Origin: Planctomycetota bacterium
GTDB taxonomy: Bacteria > Planctomycetota > Planctomycetia > Pirellulales > UBA1268
Direction: 5' to 3'
DNA length: 64,000 bases
NCBI GenBank assembly: GCA_014238855.1
Contig: JABAAH010000012.1
Location: 440 to 64,439 of the forward strand
The position numbers were made by a program, and so were the translations under genes. How positions within the stretch are numbered: position 1 is the stretch's first letter; every line of letters starts with the position of its first letter. Positions 9,817 through 20,372 of this stretch are shown here, piece after piece. The notes under the pieces were generated by a model. That model was not told the DNA's origin, did no database searches, and was given only the letters and a program-made list of their open reading frames with translations.

Positions 9817-11949
9817 GTGAACAGAGAAGAGGCACTCGACAAGCAATCGCCAAATGTTTGCAACCAGGGCAATGTGGAGAAAAATTCTCTGAGTCTAATG
9901 CGTCGAGTCATAGGTTCAGCAGCTCTATTGTTTCCACTGCTTACCTTGACGATTTTGATTCACGTTGTCTTACGGTACACGCTGGGCATTAATTTGGTGT
10001 GGCTTGAAGAGCTACATTGGCAGTTGTATGCCTATCTTGGAACCTTAAGTGTAGCTTTTTCATTTATTACAAATGGCCATGTTCGATTAGATCTTCTACG
10101 CAATCGTTTCAGTCAGCAGACGCTGAGGACAGTCGAGGCATTTGGTCTAATGTTCTTTGTGGTTCCATTTACCGGACTCATCTCGTGGCATGGTTTCCGA
10201 TCAGTTATGCAATCGTATGTGATCGGTGAGCATTCGGTAAATGAGCAAGGGCTTCCTTGTACGTTTATTGTGAAACTGGCACTCCCGCTTTCTTGTGTAT
10301 GTATTCTCTTTGTGGCCTCTATACGACTGTTAGCGTTTTCATCACAACGCACCGACAGCACTCTGTTCTCAAGGAAGAAAAATGTTCAAAGCTCTTGGTG
10401 GAACTGGAGGTTGGGGGTAGGGTCGGCAATAATTATCTGTTTGGTGGGACCTGCTTGGTGGGTTGGGCAGATTGACCCAAGGTATGCTTTGGTCGTTGTG
10501 ATGTTTGGAAGCTTTGTGGCCCTTTTGTTTACAGGGTATCCAATTGCATTTGTACTGGGTGGCGTTGCTGTAGCTTTTATTGCCGTGGGTTACGTCACAG
10601 ACTATCTTGGGTACACACTTACTTTCGATCATGCAGGTACAAAGCTTTATCTCGGTAGTGCGGCTGGATTTGTAAATCGGATATATGGGGGACTTTTAAG
10701 AAAACCAGAACTTGTTGCACTCCCAATGTTCATTTTTATGGGTCTTCTGTTAGATCGTAGCGGCATGGCGAAGCGAATGATGAGAGCCATGCAACAACTG
10801 TTTGGAAGGGTTCGCGGCGGCTTGGCAATCTGTGTAGTTCTCATTGGAATTTTACTTGCTGCAAGTACAGGCATCATAGGAGCTTCGGTGGTTTTGCTTG
10901 GCTTAATTGGCCTGCCAGTGATGCTTCACCAAGGTTATGCAAAGTCGCTTGCTACTGGTACCGTTTGTTCTGCAGGTACGCTTGGGATACTGATGCCACC
11001 GAGTATCATGCTTGTCATTATGGCGGACCAAGCATCAGTGCCAGTCAGCGATCTCTTCATGGGAGCGGTTCTCCCGTGCGTTCTGCTAGCTGTTTTGTAT
11101 GTGTTCTATTTAGTTTTTATAGGAAACATCAGGCCGGAAGACGCACCACTTGGCAGCCAGCAAGAGGGTTCAGCAAAAGTATTTTTCGATATCATACTCG
11201 CGATTGTTCCGGCTTTTATGCTTATGCTTGTCGTCCTCGGATCAATTTTTGCCGGAGTTGCCACGGTGACAGAGGCCAGTGGTCTTGGTGTCGTTGGTGC
11301 AAGTATTTTAGCAATCACACATTGGTTATGCAGGACGGATCAAGAACACCAAGAAAAATTTGACTACCGTACAATTCTCAGCGAAGGATGGCAATGCTGC
11401 GTCGATGCCTTTTCTCTCACTGGCTCCATTGTCGGTATCCTTATTGGCGCGACATGCTTTGCATTTATTCTTCGTGAGTTGGGTGGTGATAAGCTCATTC
11501 AATACGGACTAGAAAGCTTGCCGTTTGGTCCGTTTGGTGTTGTTGCAGTTGTCTTGGGTATTATTTTTTTCTTGGGTTTCTTTCTCGACTGGATTGAGAT
11601 CACGATTATTGTTTTGCCTCTGGTTGTGTCGACCATTGGAACAATGGATTTTCAGCTTGTTGACCCAGTACTCTATGAGCGTCATGAAGATTTTGTCGCG
11701 GCCCGCACGATAGCGAATACGGTTTGGTTTTGTATCCTGATGGCAGTGTGTCTTCAGACTTCTTTTCTCACACCACCGGTTGGATTTGCGATTTTCTATT
11801 TAAAGAGTGTCACACCACAAGAAGTTGAACTGAAGGACATCTATCAGGGTGTTGTACCGTTCGTAATGCTTCAACTTGTTGGACTAGCCCTTGTTTTTTT
11901 CTTCGGGAAGTATTTTGTGCTCTGGTTGCCACACTATATATATGGTTGA
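9817..11949 (+). CDS. TRAP transporter fused small/large permease (DctQ-DctM)
   Basis: N-terminal DctQ motifs (EELHWQLY, GHVRLDLL) continue in frame into DctM motifs (ALPMFIFMG, AASTGIIGASV, GTLGILMPPS, LQTSFLTPPVGFA.FYLK). Confidence 0.88.
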   Translation: MNREEALDKQSPNVCNQGNVEKNSLSLMRRVIGSAALLFPLLTLTILIHVVLRYTLGINLVWLEELHWQLYAYLGTLSVAFSFITNGHVRLDLLRNRFSQQTLRTVEAFGLMFFVVPFTGLISWHGFRSVMQSYVIGEHSVNEQGLPCTFIVKLALPLSCVCILFVASIRLLAFSSQRTDSTLFSRKKNVQSSWWNWRLGVGSAIIICLVGPAWWVGQIDPRYALVVVMFGSFVALLFTGYPIAFVLGGVAVAFIAVGYVTDYLGYTLTFDHAGTKLYLGSAAGFVNRIYGGLLRKPELVALPMFIFMGLLLDRSGMAKRMMRAMQQLFGRVRGGLAICVVLIGILLAASTGIIGASVVLLGLIGLPVMLHQGYAKSLATGTVCSAGTLGILMPPSIMLVIMADQASVPVSDLFMGAVLPCVLLAVLYVFYLVFIGNIRPEDAPLGSQQEGSAKVFFDIILAIVPAFMLMLVVLGSIFAGVATVTEASGLGVVGASILAITHWLCRTDQEHQEKFDYRTILSEGWQCCVDAFSLTGSIVGILIGATCFAFILRELGGDKLIQYGLESLPFGPFGVVAVVLGIIFFLGFFLDWIEITIIVLPLVVSTIGTMDFQLVDPVLYERHEDFVAARTIANTVWFCILMAVCLQTSFLTPPVGFAIFYLKSVTPQEVELKDIYQGVVPFVMLQLVGLALVFFFGKYFVLWLPHYIYG

Positions 11950-11998
11950 TGAATATATGCAATTGATGGATGAATGGTTGATTGGCTACGTATAAGCA

Positions 11999-13231
11999 TC
12001 ACATATTGTTGTGAAGAGACGCTGTAATTTCGCGTGCTAATTTCTGTTCAACAAAAAATGAACCGATTGCAATTATAAAACACCAGACTGAGAATCCGAC
12101 GCACTGTGCTGTAAAGTCGACTCCCGAATCGATTAGGAGCCCGGTAAGTCCAGGCCCAATGGCTGTAGAAAAAACCATGATCGTAGTTGTGAGGGAACGT
12201 ATTGAGCCGAGGTGTTGAGTGCCATACAGTGCAGGCAATACGGCGCCCCAAAGAGCACTCGACATGCCCATCGTGACTCCCATTGAACCGAGTGCAATGT
12301 ACCAAGCCGTTACACTTGTCGCTTGACTAATGAGGGCCATACCAAAACCAATTGGTAGTAATAAAAATGGTATAAGTCGATAGCCTCCGAACCGATCGAC
12401 AGCCCACCCAGCCCAGAATGATGCCATCACACCAGACAGTGCAAAGCATGTAAATCCGGGTGACATTGCAACAAGATCCCATTGTTTTATTTCAGCAAGA
12501 TGAGTCTGGTTAAAGAATAGTACGGTGCCCATCAGACCAGGCGTGAGAAGTGTCGGCAGGAGTGCAGGAAGGAGCCAGTGACGAAGAGCTTCTTTACGGA
12601 CCCAGTGCCGTCCCTGAAGTCCGGACAGCACATCGTGTTCGGTTCGTTGTGCAGGCACCCGATTCGTTCGGAGAAGTATCGCTGTAAGTGGCATGAAGAT
12701 GAGGATCAAAAAAGAAGCGACACAGAGCCACAAGGCTCGCCATCCAAACGTTTGGATAACGATAATTGCTGGTGCCGCAAACAAAATCTCACTTGCGGGA
12801 TATCCAAGATTTGCCAGCGCTACTGCTCGACCTCGATGATTCACAAACCATCGACCCAGAGTGGTCATTGCAATATGTCCAAACATGCCCTGCCCACAGA
12901 ACCGAAGTAAAAATAATGAGCCACCTAGAATCCATGTGGATTGACTCCATGCCATACCGATAGCTGCGAGTGTGAATAAACAGGCTGTTACTAACGTCAC
13001 AATTCGCGGTGGTACACGATCCACAATTGAACCCTGCCAGAACATGATTACTGCTGAAGCAAGAGTCGCGAGGGTGTAGATGCCTCCCCAGCCTCCGTCA
13101 GAGAGATTAAACTGTTCTTTTATGGATGATGAGCAGAGAGAGATAAACCATGTCTGCCCACCGGTAGATGCAAACGTGAGAAGGAATCCCACGGAGAGCC
13201 AACGAATATTCTGGATTAAAAAGTGAATCAT
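11999..13231 (-). CDS. MFS transporter
   Basis: About 12 hydrophobic segments; GSIVDRVPP and GWAVDRFGG MFS motif-A repeats; RWFV.HRGRA. Confidence 0.85.
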   Translation of the reverse strand: MIHFLIQNIRWLSVGFLLTFASTGGQTWFISLCSSSIKEQFNLSDGGWGGIYTLATLASAVIMFWQGSIVDRVPPRIVTLVTACLFTLAAIGMAWSQSTWILGGSLFLLRFCGQGMFGHIAMTTLGRWFVNHRGRAVALANLGYPASEILFAAPAIIVIQTFGWRALWLCVASFLILIFMPLTAILLRTNRVPAQRTEHDVLSGLQGRHWVRKEALRHWLLPALLPTLLTPGLMGTVLFFNQTHLAEIKQWDLVAMSPGFTCFALSGVMASFWAGWAVDRFGGYRLIPFLLLPIGFGMALISQATSVTAWYIALGSMGVTMGMSSALWGAVLPALYGTQHLGSIRSLTTTIMVFSTAIGPGLTGLLIDSGVDFTAQCVGFSVWCFIIAIGSFFVEQKLAREITASLHNNM

Positions 13232-13640
13232 AAAAAATTGGAGTTTTAGGAAGAGTATCCGAACACCTTATGGTGTCGAATACAATGGGAACTCGTATCA
13301 CGCGTTTTTATGATAGAACGGCAACTACTATTCTTATGACAGCGAAGTGATTCACTAGCGGATCATCGAATGAAAGCTTAATAGATGTTAAAAATAAAAA
13401 TATTTTTTAGGATCTATTCTAAGCCTTATGCAGTTCTCGACGGCTGCTGTTGCAGAGCAACCTCTTTTTGAGCTTTCAAAAAATGAAACGGGTGGTGTTA
13501 CACAAAGGTCACCGAATCAAACTCCGGTATCGATTACTTTTTTGTGAAAGTGATGCAACACATATTTCAATCGAAGATCGTTACAGTATGCTTTCTCATG
13601 CAAAATCGCGAAGCCCGAGCGACTGAGTGCAGATGAAAAA

Positions 13641-15083
13641 TTACGCGAGAATGTCGTTCACAACATGCCCATGTACATCGGTAAGACGATATCGACGACC
13701 TTGGAATTTATAGGTCAGTCGTTCATGGTCGATTCCGAGTAAGTGAAGAAGTGTTGCATGGAAATCATGTACGTGTACAGCTTCTGATTGAATATTGTAT
13801 CCATACTCATCGGTTTTCCCCCAACTGATACCAGGTCGAATACCGCCACCCGCCATCCATGACGTAAAGCAGCGAGGATGATGGTCACGGCCAAAATCAG
13901 CACCAGGTTTGTAAAGTCCTTGGCAATAGTTTGTACGACCGAATTCACCACCCCAGATCACAAGGGTGTCATCAAGCATTCCATGATCAGCTAGGTCTTC
14001 GACAAGTGCTGCAGCTGGTTGATCAGTTTCTTGACATTGCTTTTGCAACCCACTTTGTAGTCCGCTGTGGTGATCCCATCCTTGATGATACAGTTGGATA
14101 AAACGGACCCCTCGTTCTGCGAGTCGCCGTGCAAGAAGACAATTGGCCGAGAAGCTTCCTGGGTTTGTGACATCCGGTCCGTATCGGTTGAGTACATGCT
14201 GAGGCTCGTCGCTTACATCCGTGACATCCGGTATGCTGGCCTGCATTCGATAAGCCATTTCATAGTGGACTATTCGGTCTGTAATTTCGTTATCAGATGT
14301 TTCATGAAATTGGTGTTCATGCAATCGTCGCAAGCCATCGAGCATAAGCCGGCGACTCTCTGGAGATACCCCTGGTGGGTTGTTGATATAGAGTACGGGT
14401 TCAGGTCCAGAACGAAAGCGTATCGCTTGATGTCTTGACGGCAGAAAGCCTGATCCCCAGAGATGACTTTGTAACGGCTGTCCACCTTTGTTCTTTGTGA
14501 GTAGAACAACAAACGATGGTAGATCATCAGTGATGTTACCCAATCCGTAGTCTAGCCATGCCCCAATACTTGGACGACCAGGAATCTGTGATCCACTTTG
14601 CATGAAACAAACTCCTGGACCATGATTAATACTTTCCGTAAACATGGCTTTGATAAAACAGAGTCGATCAGCAATAGCCGCAGTGTGTGGTAGTAGTTCG
14701 CTCAGGGTGGCACCACTCATGCCGTGTTGTGAGAATTTGAAGGGCGATCCAACGAGTGGTATGGAACTTTGGTTTCCACTCATGCCGGTTAGTCGTTGTC
14801 CGCGACGCACACTTTCAGGAAGTTGTTGACCGGTCTGTTGAACAAGAGTTGGTTTGTCATCAAATAAATCAAGTTGTGATGGTCCACCAGCCTGAAAGAG
14901 ATAAATGACCCGTTTTGCTTTGGGAGCATGATGCAGGTGCTGAAGAACACCATTGCTATGAGTATCTTGTGCCTCCGCGGATAGCATTTCATTGAGTGCA
15001 ATGCCTCCAAGGCCCATGCCAAATGTGTTGAGCCATTGTCTTCGGTTGATGGAAGAGGCCGTTCCATGAGGTAAACCACTCAT
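13641..15083 (-). CDS. DUF1501 domain protein (Tat-type signal)
   Basis: INRRQWL, PKAKRVIYLFQAGGPSQLDLFD, GRPSIGAW, YEMAYRMQ, GGEFGRT, GRDHHP. Confidence 0.9.
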   Translation of the reverse strand: MSGLPHGTASSINRRQWLNTFGMGLGGIALNEMLSAEAQDTHSNGVLQHLHHAPKAKRVIYLFQAGGPSQLDLFDDKPTLVQQTGQQLPESVRRGQRLTGMSGNQSSIPLVGSPFKFSQHGMSGATLSELLPHTAAIADRLCFIKAMFTESINHGPGVCFMQSGSQIPGRPSIGAWLDYGLGNITDDLPSFVVLLTKNKGGQPLQSHLWGSGFLPSRHQAIRFRSGPEPVLYINNPPGVSPESRRLMLDGLRRLHEHQFHETSDNEITDRIVHYEMAYRMQASIPDVTDVSDEPQHVLNRYGPDVTNPGSFSANCLLARRLAERGVRFIQLYHQGWDHHSGLQSGLQKQCQETDQPAAALVEDLADHGMLDDTLVIWGGEFGRTNYCQGLYKPGADFGRDHHPRCFTSWMAGGGIRPGISWGKTDEYGYNIQSEAVHVHDFHATLLHLLGIDHERLTYKFQGRRYRLTDVHGHVVNDILA

Positions 15084-18000
15084 CGTTTCATCACACTTTC
15101 GTCAAGCGCAAGCAAGCCAGATACGACTGTCGCAACAGCAGCTACATCAATAGGATCTAAAATTTTATTTCGTGCTTTCTGTCCAACAGCAAGAAGCTTC
15201 TTTGCATCTTTCGGATGAGACTCATACCAGTGTCGCTGGTTGTCTATCATTCGGTTCAATATTTCTTGTTCATCATCGTCAGGATGACGACTGGTCAGAA
15301 GATAAAAAGCTGCTTTGATTGCTGTTGATAAATTATTTGAATGTTCGAGGAGAACATTCTCCGCGAGCACACGAGACGCTTCCACGAACTGGGTGCCGTT
15401 AAGAAGAACAAGAGCGTGCAAAGGTGTGTTGGTTGTGTCACGTTTCGCAGTACAGACGACTCTATTGGGAAGATCAAAAGCCTCTAAGAGAGGAGCAGGG
15501 CCACTTCTACGCCAGTATGTGTAAATACTCCGACGGTACAGAGCCGTCCCGGAGTCAATTTTTTCCGGCTTGAATGATTCTGCAATGTCGTATGGCTTCA
15601 CCGGTGGCCCACCAGATTTTTTATCAAGCAGCCCACTGGCTGCGAGTGCGGCATCACGAATCATCTCTGCAGGTAGTCGATGTCTAGGACCTCGTGCAAG
15701 CCACTCATTGGCTGGATCGTTCACCATTGTTTCGTGCCGAGCCATGCTTTTTTGTTGATATACGTCTGAGGTCATGATGAATTTCATAAGTGCTTTCACA
15801 TCCCATGAAAACCCACCCTCTTCTTTTGCATGGGAAAACTTCCATGCAAGAAGATCAAGAAGTTCAGGATATTCAGGCTGCGTTGCCTGGCTGCCAAAGT
15901 CTTCTGAACTGCGGACAAGGCCATGACCAAAAAGTGACTGCCAAAAACGGTTCACAGTAACACGAGCCAAAAGAGGATGTTCAGGGTCAAGAAGCCACTG
16001 ACTTAATCCAAGCCGATTACGCGGTAGTTGAGTTGCAAAAGCAGGCAGCACGGGAGGCGTGTCTGGCTGAATGGCTTCGCCTTTTTTGTCGTACTCGCCT
16101 CGGAGGAGTACGAATGCTTTCTTTGGTGGTGATTGTTCTTTCATCACCATAATTTCTGATGTTTTTTCAACGAGTTTATTACGAGTCTTATATGCACTTT
16201 GAAGTTGTTTTTGATTTTGTAGGACATCTTTATCGATGGCTGTAAGATACTCACCCACTGCATGCACATTGGTGTTGGAGTGCATGACCTGCGCAAGCGT
16301 GCCAGGTTGGTAGCATTCTTGAATTTCAAGAGGCGAAAGAGCCCGATTGAAAACACGAAATTCATCAATAGAGCCGTTCTTGAGACCATGATCTCGCATG
16401 CGCTCTCCAATCGATATTGTGTTTCCTTTGCGGCTGGAAATGGTACGAGTAAGAGTATCGTGCACGACTTCCGTTTTTACTTGTTGACCATCAAGAAATA
16501 TCTTTAGCCCATCAGTTCGTCCTGTCCCATCACTGCTTACAGCAATATGCACCCAGCGATTCACTGGAATTTCGTCAAGCATCCGAATACTCGCAGCATT
16601 GCCTGGCCAAAAATGAATTAATGACCAACGAAGATGACCAAGGTCCACGATCAGTTCATACCCCTGACTTCCCGCATCAGTCCAGGCTTTTGATCGATGG
16701 AAGACAACAGCCCGTTCATAAGAGGTGGGAATATTGACCCAACATGACACGGAGAACGATTCACTTCTGCTGAAATTTCCTACGGGAGTCTTTACAGGGT
16801 GATCACCTGTCAATTTGATTGCCATCCCGGATTGTCCTGGAACTAAGGTATTGTTTGGGGGCGATGTTGCGGCAGTTTTTAAAAGTGTTCCGGACGCATT
16901 GGATGTTCTAGCTTCCTCAGATTCGAGTGTTTTCGAGCTCAATTTCTGATCAGGTTTTCTAGTGTCAATCAGGCATGGAAAACTATCGTTTTTTAAGCGA
17001 GCGTCAAATGAATAGTGAGCCACTTCACCAAGTATGGAAAAGTTTTCTGGATCAGATCTATCGCGGACTGACGTATTTTCGATGAGCAATTTTTGAATAG
17101 TTTCCTGCTTATGTTTCTTCAAATGTTGCAGGTCCCGTGCCTGTTTATGAATTTCTTGGTTAGCACAATTGATCTGTTCGTGAAGGTCTGCGTTCGCTAA
17201 TTGCAGCGTTGGCGTTGGCGTAGCTTGAGTAAAAAAGGAGTACAGGCCAGCCTCTTCAATATCATCAAAAAATGCAAAAAGGGAGTAGAAGTCTTTTTGA
17301 GAGATCGGATCAAATTTATGATCATGGCATCGACAGCATTCAAGGGTAAGTCCTAGAAATGCTGTGCCAAACGTCGTCACTCTATCGTTGACGTAACGGA
17401 TTCGATATTCCTCAGAAACGGATCCTCCTTCATTCTCTTGCTGATGCAATCTATTAAATGCGGTTGCAAGAATCTGATCGTCGGTGGCATCTGGCAGAAG
17501 GTCTCCAGCTATTTGCCAAAGTACGAAACGATCCCAAGACATGTTTTCGTTGAATGACGTAACGACCCAATCACGCCAAGGCCACATATTTGGTCGCGGA
17601 GTGTCTCGTTGAAATCCATAACTGTCTGAATAACGAGCTATATCCAACCAGTCTGCTGCCATTCTTTCGCCATACCCAGGACTCTGAAGAAGACGATCAA
17701 GCAGTTGTTCGTAAGCATGTGGTGAGGAATCTTTCAGGAAAAATTCAAGCTCAGCCGTGCTTGGTGGAAGCCCAGTAAGGTCAAAACTCGTGCGTCGTAT
17801 GAGTGTGGAATGATCTGCCTTTGGTTGAAGTTGGAGTCCACGATCATGAAGTCGATGAGTAAGCAATCCATCAATCGGGTGAAGTTCTGAGGAATACGTT
17901 TTTGGTACTTTGGCAGGAATGAATGCCCAGTGAGGTTCATAGATAGCTCCGCGAGCAATCCACGCTTTAAGAAGATCGATATCATCTGATGAAAGTTTGC

Positions 18001-18433
18001 CGAGTTTGGCTGATGGCGGTGGCATGACAAGATCAGGGTCGTCAGAACTCGTGCGAGCAATAACCTCACTTTTCTCAACTTCATTGGGAACAATCGCGTG
18101 CAGACCACTGTCAAGAAGTGCGGTTGCGCTATCAGCAAGGTCAAGTCGAAGGCCTGCTTCACGATTTGCTCCATCCGGTCCATGGCAGGCAAAGCAATGC
18201 TCGGAAAGAATCGGTCGGATATGGTGATTGAATGTAATTACCTTTTGTTTGGACGATTCGTTTTGTGCGTGTAGAGGTTCTGGATGAATGGTAAAAAATA
18301 TAAAAGTTAAGACTGCGCACACAAATCGAAAAAAAATAGTGGAAGAGTCTTTGTCCCAAATATATTTTTGGTGCGAATTTCTTGATTGATGACTTGTCGG
18401 GAAGAAAAAATTGGGAACCATATTCGAATCCAA
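15080..18433 (-). CDS. PSCyt1 + DUF1549 + LamG/concanavalin-like + DUF1553 domain protein
   Basis: CFACH and CCRCHDHKFDP; LamG-like WVHIAVSSDG...LKIFLDG...GSIDEFRVFNRALS; ARVTVNRFWQ; TNTPLHALVLLN. Overlaps the DUF1501 gene by 4 bp. Confidence 0.9.
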   Translation of the reverse strand: MDSNMVPNFFFPTSHQSRNSHQKYIWDKDSSTIFFRFVCAVLTFIFFTIHPEPLHAQNESSKQKVITFNHHIRPILSEHCFACHGPDGANREAGLRLDLADSATALLDSGLHAIVPNEVEKSEVIARTSSDDPDLVMPPPSAKLGKLSSDDIDLLKAWIARGAIYEPHWAFIPAKVPKTYSSELHPIDGLLTHRLHDRGLQLQPKADHSTLIRRTSFDLTGLPPSTAELEFFLKDSSPHAYEQLLDRLLQSPGYGERMAADWLDIARYSDSYGFQRDTPRPNMWPWRDWVVTSFNENMSWDRFVLWQIAGDLLPDATDDQILATAFNRLHQQENEGGSVSEEYRIRYVNDRVTTFGTAFLGLTLECCRCHDHKFDPISQKDFYSLFAFFDDIEEAGLYSFFTQATPTPTLQLANADLHEQINCANQEIHKQARDLQHLKKHKQETIQKLLIENTSVRDRSDPENFSILGEVAHYSFDARLKNDSFPCLIDTRKPDQKLSSKTLESEEARTSNASGTLLKTAATSPPNNTLVPGQSGMAIKLTGDHPVKTPVGNFSRSESFSVSCWVNIPTSYERAVVFHRSKAWTDAGSQGYELIVDLGHLRWSLIHFWPGNAASIRMLDEIPVNRWVHIAVSSDGTGRTDGLKIFLDGQQVKTEVVHDTLTRTISSRKGNTISIGERMRDHGLKNGSIDEFRVFNRALSPLEIQECYQPGTLAQVMHSNTNVHAVGEYLTAIDKDVLQNQKQLQSAYKTRNKLVEKTSEIMVMKEQSPPKKAFVLLRGEYDKKGEAIQPDTPPVLPAFATQLPRNRLGLSQWLLDPEHPLLARVTVNRFWQSLFGHGLVRSSEDFGSQATQPEYPELLDLLAWKFSHAKEEGGFSWDVKALMKFIMTSDVYQQKSMARHETMVNDPANEWLARGPRHRLPAEMIRDAALAASGLLDKKSGGPPVKPYDIAESFKPEKIDSGTALYRRSIYTYWRRSGPAPLLEAFDLPNRVVCTAKRDTTNTPLHALVLLNGTQFVEASRVLAENVLLEHSNNLSTAIKAAFYLLTSRHPDDDEQEILNRMIDNQRHWYESHPKDAKKLLAVGQKARNKILDPIDVAAVATVVSGLLALDESVMKR

Positions 18434-18735
18434 AAGGGATTACAATTTGCTCGGTTCCCGCATCGCCGAAACATGGTCATAAAGGCCGTAGAGTCGCGGA
18501 CTAAGAAAGTCGATCAGCGGGTTTTCTGTCGAAACAATCCAAAGATGCTTGGATGGCCTGTTGTAACAGTTGTTTCTTTAATTTAACGAAATTCAAAGAA
18601 ACTACAAGAAATTATTCAACATACGCTTGAGGGTAAAAGATTCATTGTTTTGGGCTTCAATGAGTAGTTTCAGACGAAAACGTACATGGGTAGTATAGAG
18701 ATTGATTTACAAGAGTTCTGGTCTTTGTTTTTTCG

Positions 18736-19884
18736 ATGAACGCCAAAAGGAGAAACCGGATGAACGTTTCGAAAATATTCAGTATCTCGTGGTGTTGGTG
18801 CTTATTGTGCGTTCCTCTATTTACATCGTTTCAGCCTTACTTTGTATTTGGGCAGGGGGACGTACGGGCGGCAGGAAAGTTTCAAACGTGGGATGTGAAT
18901 AAAGACGGTGTTCTCACTCGAGAAGAAGTTCCTGCGGGTCCCCGTCGTATGTTCGAACGCGTCGATACCAATAGTGACGGGAAAATTACCCTCGAAGAGC
19001 ATCGCTCGGGTGGTCGTCAACCAGATAGAAATACCCCAACTGACTTTGACAAGAAACAGAATGCTCTTCGATGTACCATTCGGCAGGCATGGGTGCAGGA
19101 GCCCACCGGTATTGAACGGGAGTATATTGTTCGTCCCGCAAAAAATGATACTCGTTCGTGCCCGATCACAATTCTTTTTCATGGAAACGGCGGTTCAGCA
19201 GAACCAATGATTCGTAATTGGGACAGAACGCTCACAGATCATATTCTTGTAGCGGCACAAGGGTATGAAAATAGCTGGAATATTACAAAAGAGAGATCGA
19301 AGGCCCCAGATGTAGATTTTGTAGAGATGATAGTAGAAGAGGTTCTCAAGCGTTATCCACAAGCCGACGAGTCTCAGATATCACTCATTGGCTCTTCAAA
19401 CGGTGCTGGCATGGTGTATCGATTGCTTATAGAAATGAATGACTCGGTTCGTATCAAGAACGCGATTGCATTTGTTTCATCATTAACTGAATCACAATAT
19501 CATGATGAACAATTTTGGAAACGGACTGATGAGACAACAAGTCGTTATGATCGGGCGGTTGAACTTTCTGAGAGGCGACGCATCATAACAGTCCACGGGT
19601 CTGCTGATTCTGTCGTTCCTTATGATGGGGGGCGAGGGCCTGGTGGTGCGCATTTATCGGCTCAAGGAAGTGCATATGCATGGGCAGTTGCTCAAGGATA
19701 CCGTGGAGACAAAAGGCCCGATGTTGAGGGAAAACCGTGTGGGGAAAAACTTTTCATGTATGACTATCCAGAAGGTGGCGTGACGCATATCAAAGTGCTT
19801 GATGGACGACACGGCCTTGGTCCTGGTGGAGCTTCTGTGAAACCACTACTTGTAAAAATGCTTGGCTGGTCAGCCGGTTCATAA
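18736..19884 (+). CDS. Secreted EF-hand + alpha/beta hydrolase (esterase / PHB-depolymerase-like)
   Basis: Two EF-hand loops DVNKDGVLTREE and DTNSDGKITLEE; FHGNGGS, nucleophile elbow GSSNG, HG.AD.VVPY, C-terminal GRHGL. Confidence 0.75.
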   Translation: MNAKRRNRMNVSKIFSISWCWCLLCVPLFTSFQPYFVFGQGDVRAAGKFQTWDVNKDGVLTREEVPAGPRRMFERVDTNSDGKITLEEHRSGGRQPDRNTPTDFDKKQNALRCTIRQAWVQEPTGIEREYIVRPAKNDTRSCPITILFHGNGGSAEPMIRNWDRTLTDHILVAAQGYENSWNITKERSKAPDVDFVEMIVEEVLKRYPQADESQISLIGSSNGAGMVYRLLIEMNDSVRIKNAIAFVSSLTESQYHDEQFWKRTDETTSRYDRAVELSERRRIITVHGSADSVVPYDGGRGPGGAHLSAQGSAYAWAVAQGYRGDKRPDVEGKPCGEKLFMYDYPEGGVTHIKVLDGRHGLGPGGASVKPLLVKMLGWSAGS

Positions 19885-20034
19885 ACAGAGTTTTACCGTC
19901 AGCGTGTATCAGTTTTGCAGGTTACGAGAGGCTTGTCAGTCATTCTTACCTATCTTCTTTCCTAGTGCCGATTCTTTTCCTAAGCGGAAAGGATTGCCTA
20001 AGCCGTAAGAATTCTAGACAGATTGGAGTGTACG

Positions 20035-20226
20035 ATGCGTCGAATGGTTCTCGTTGCCGTCATCATGACAACAATGTTTCTAGCTTCCAGTGGGGAGGCT
20101 TCTGCGGCTCGTTCTTCCCGGCAAAGTCAATCGGTAGCGACACGTCGTTTTCGTCCGTTTGCACGGCTCATTGAACTGGAGCGACGTAAGAATGAATGGT
20201 TACGGAGTGTCTTTTTCAATCGTTAG
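20035..20226 (+). CDS. Small secreted basic protein (63 aa), unknown function
   Basis: GGAG RBS at 20025-20028, signal peptide ending ASA-A, amphipathic Arg-rich C-terminus RPFARLIELERRKNEWLRSVFF. Confidence 0.65.
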   Translation: MRRMVLVAVIMTTMFLASSGEASAARSSRQSQSVATRRFRPFARLIELERRKNEWLRSVFFNR

Positions 20227-20372
20227 CGCAGCGATTATGTGCAAGAAGTAATGAGAAATTTCTAAGAGTGTTTTTGGTCGGGAGTATGAAGTGAAGTCCT
20301 CCCGGCCATTGATTCATTCTTGACAGTTTCGATTGTGGAGGTTCTCCTGTCCCTCGAGTCTTCGGAGGCAGA

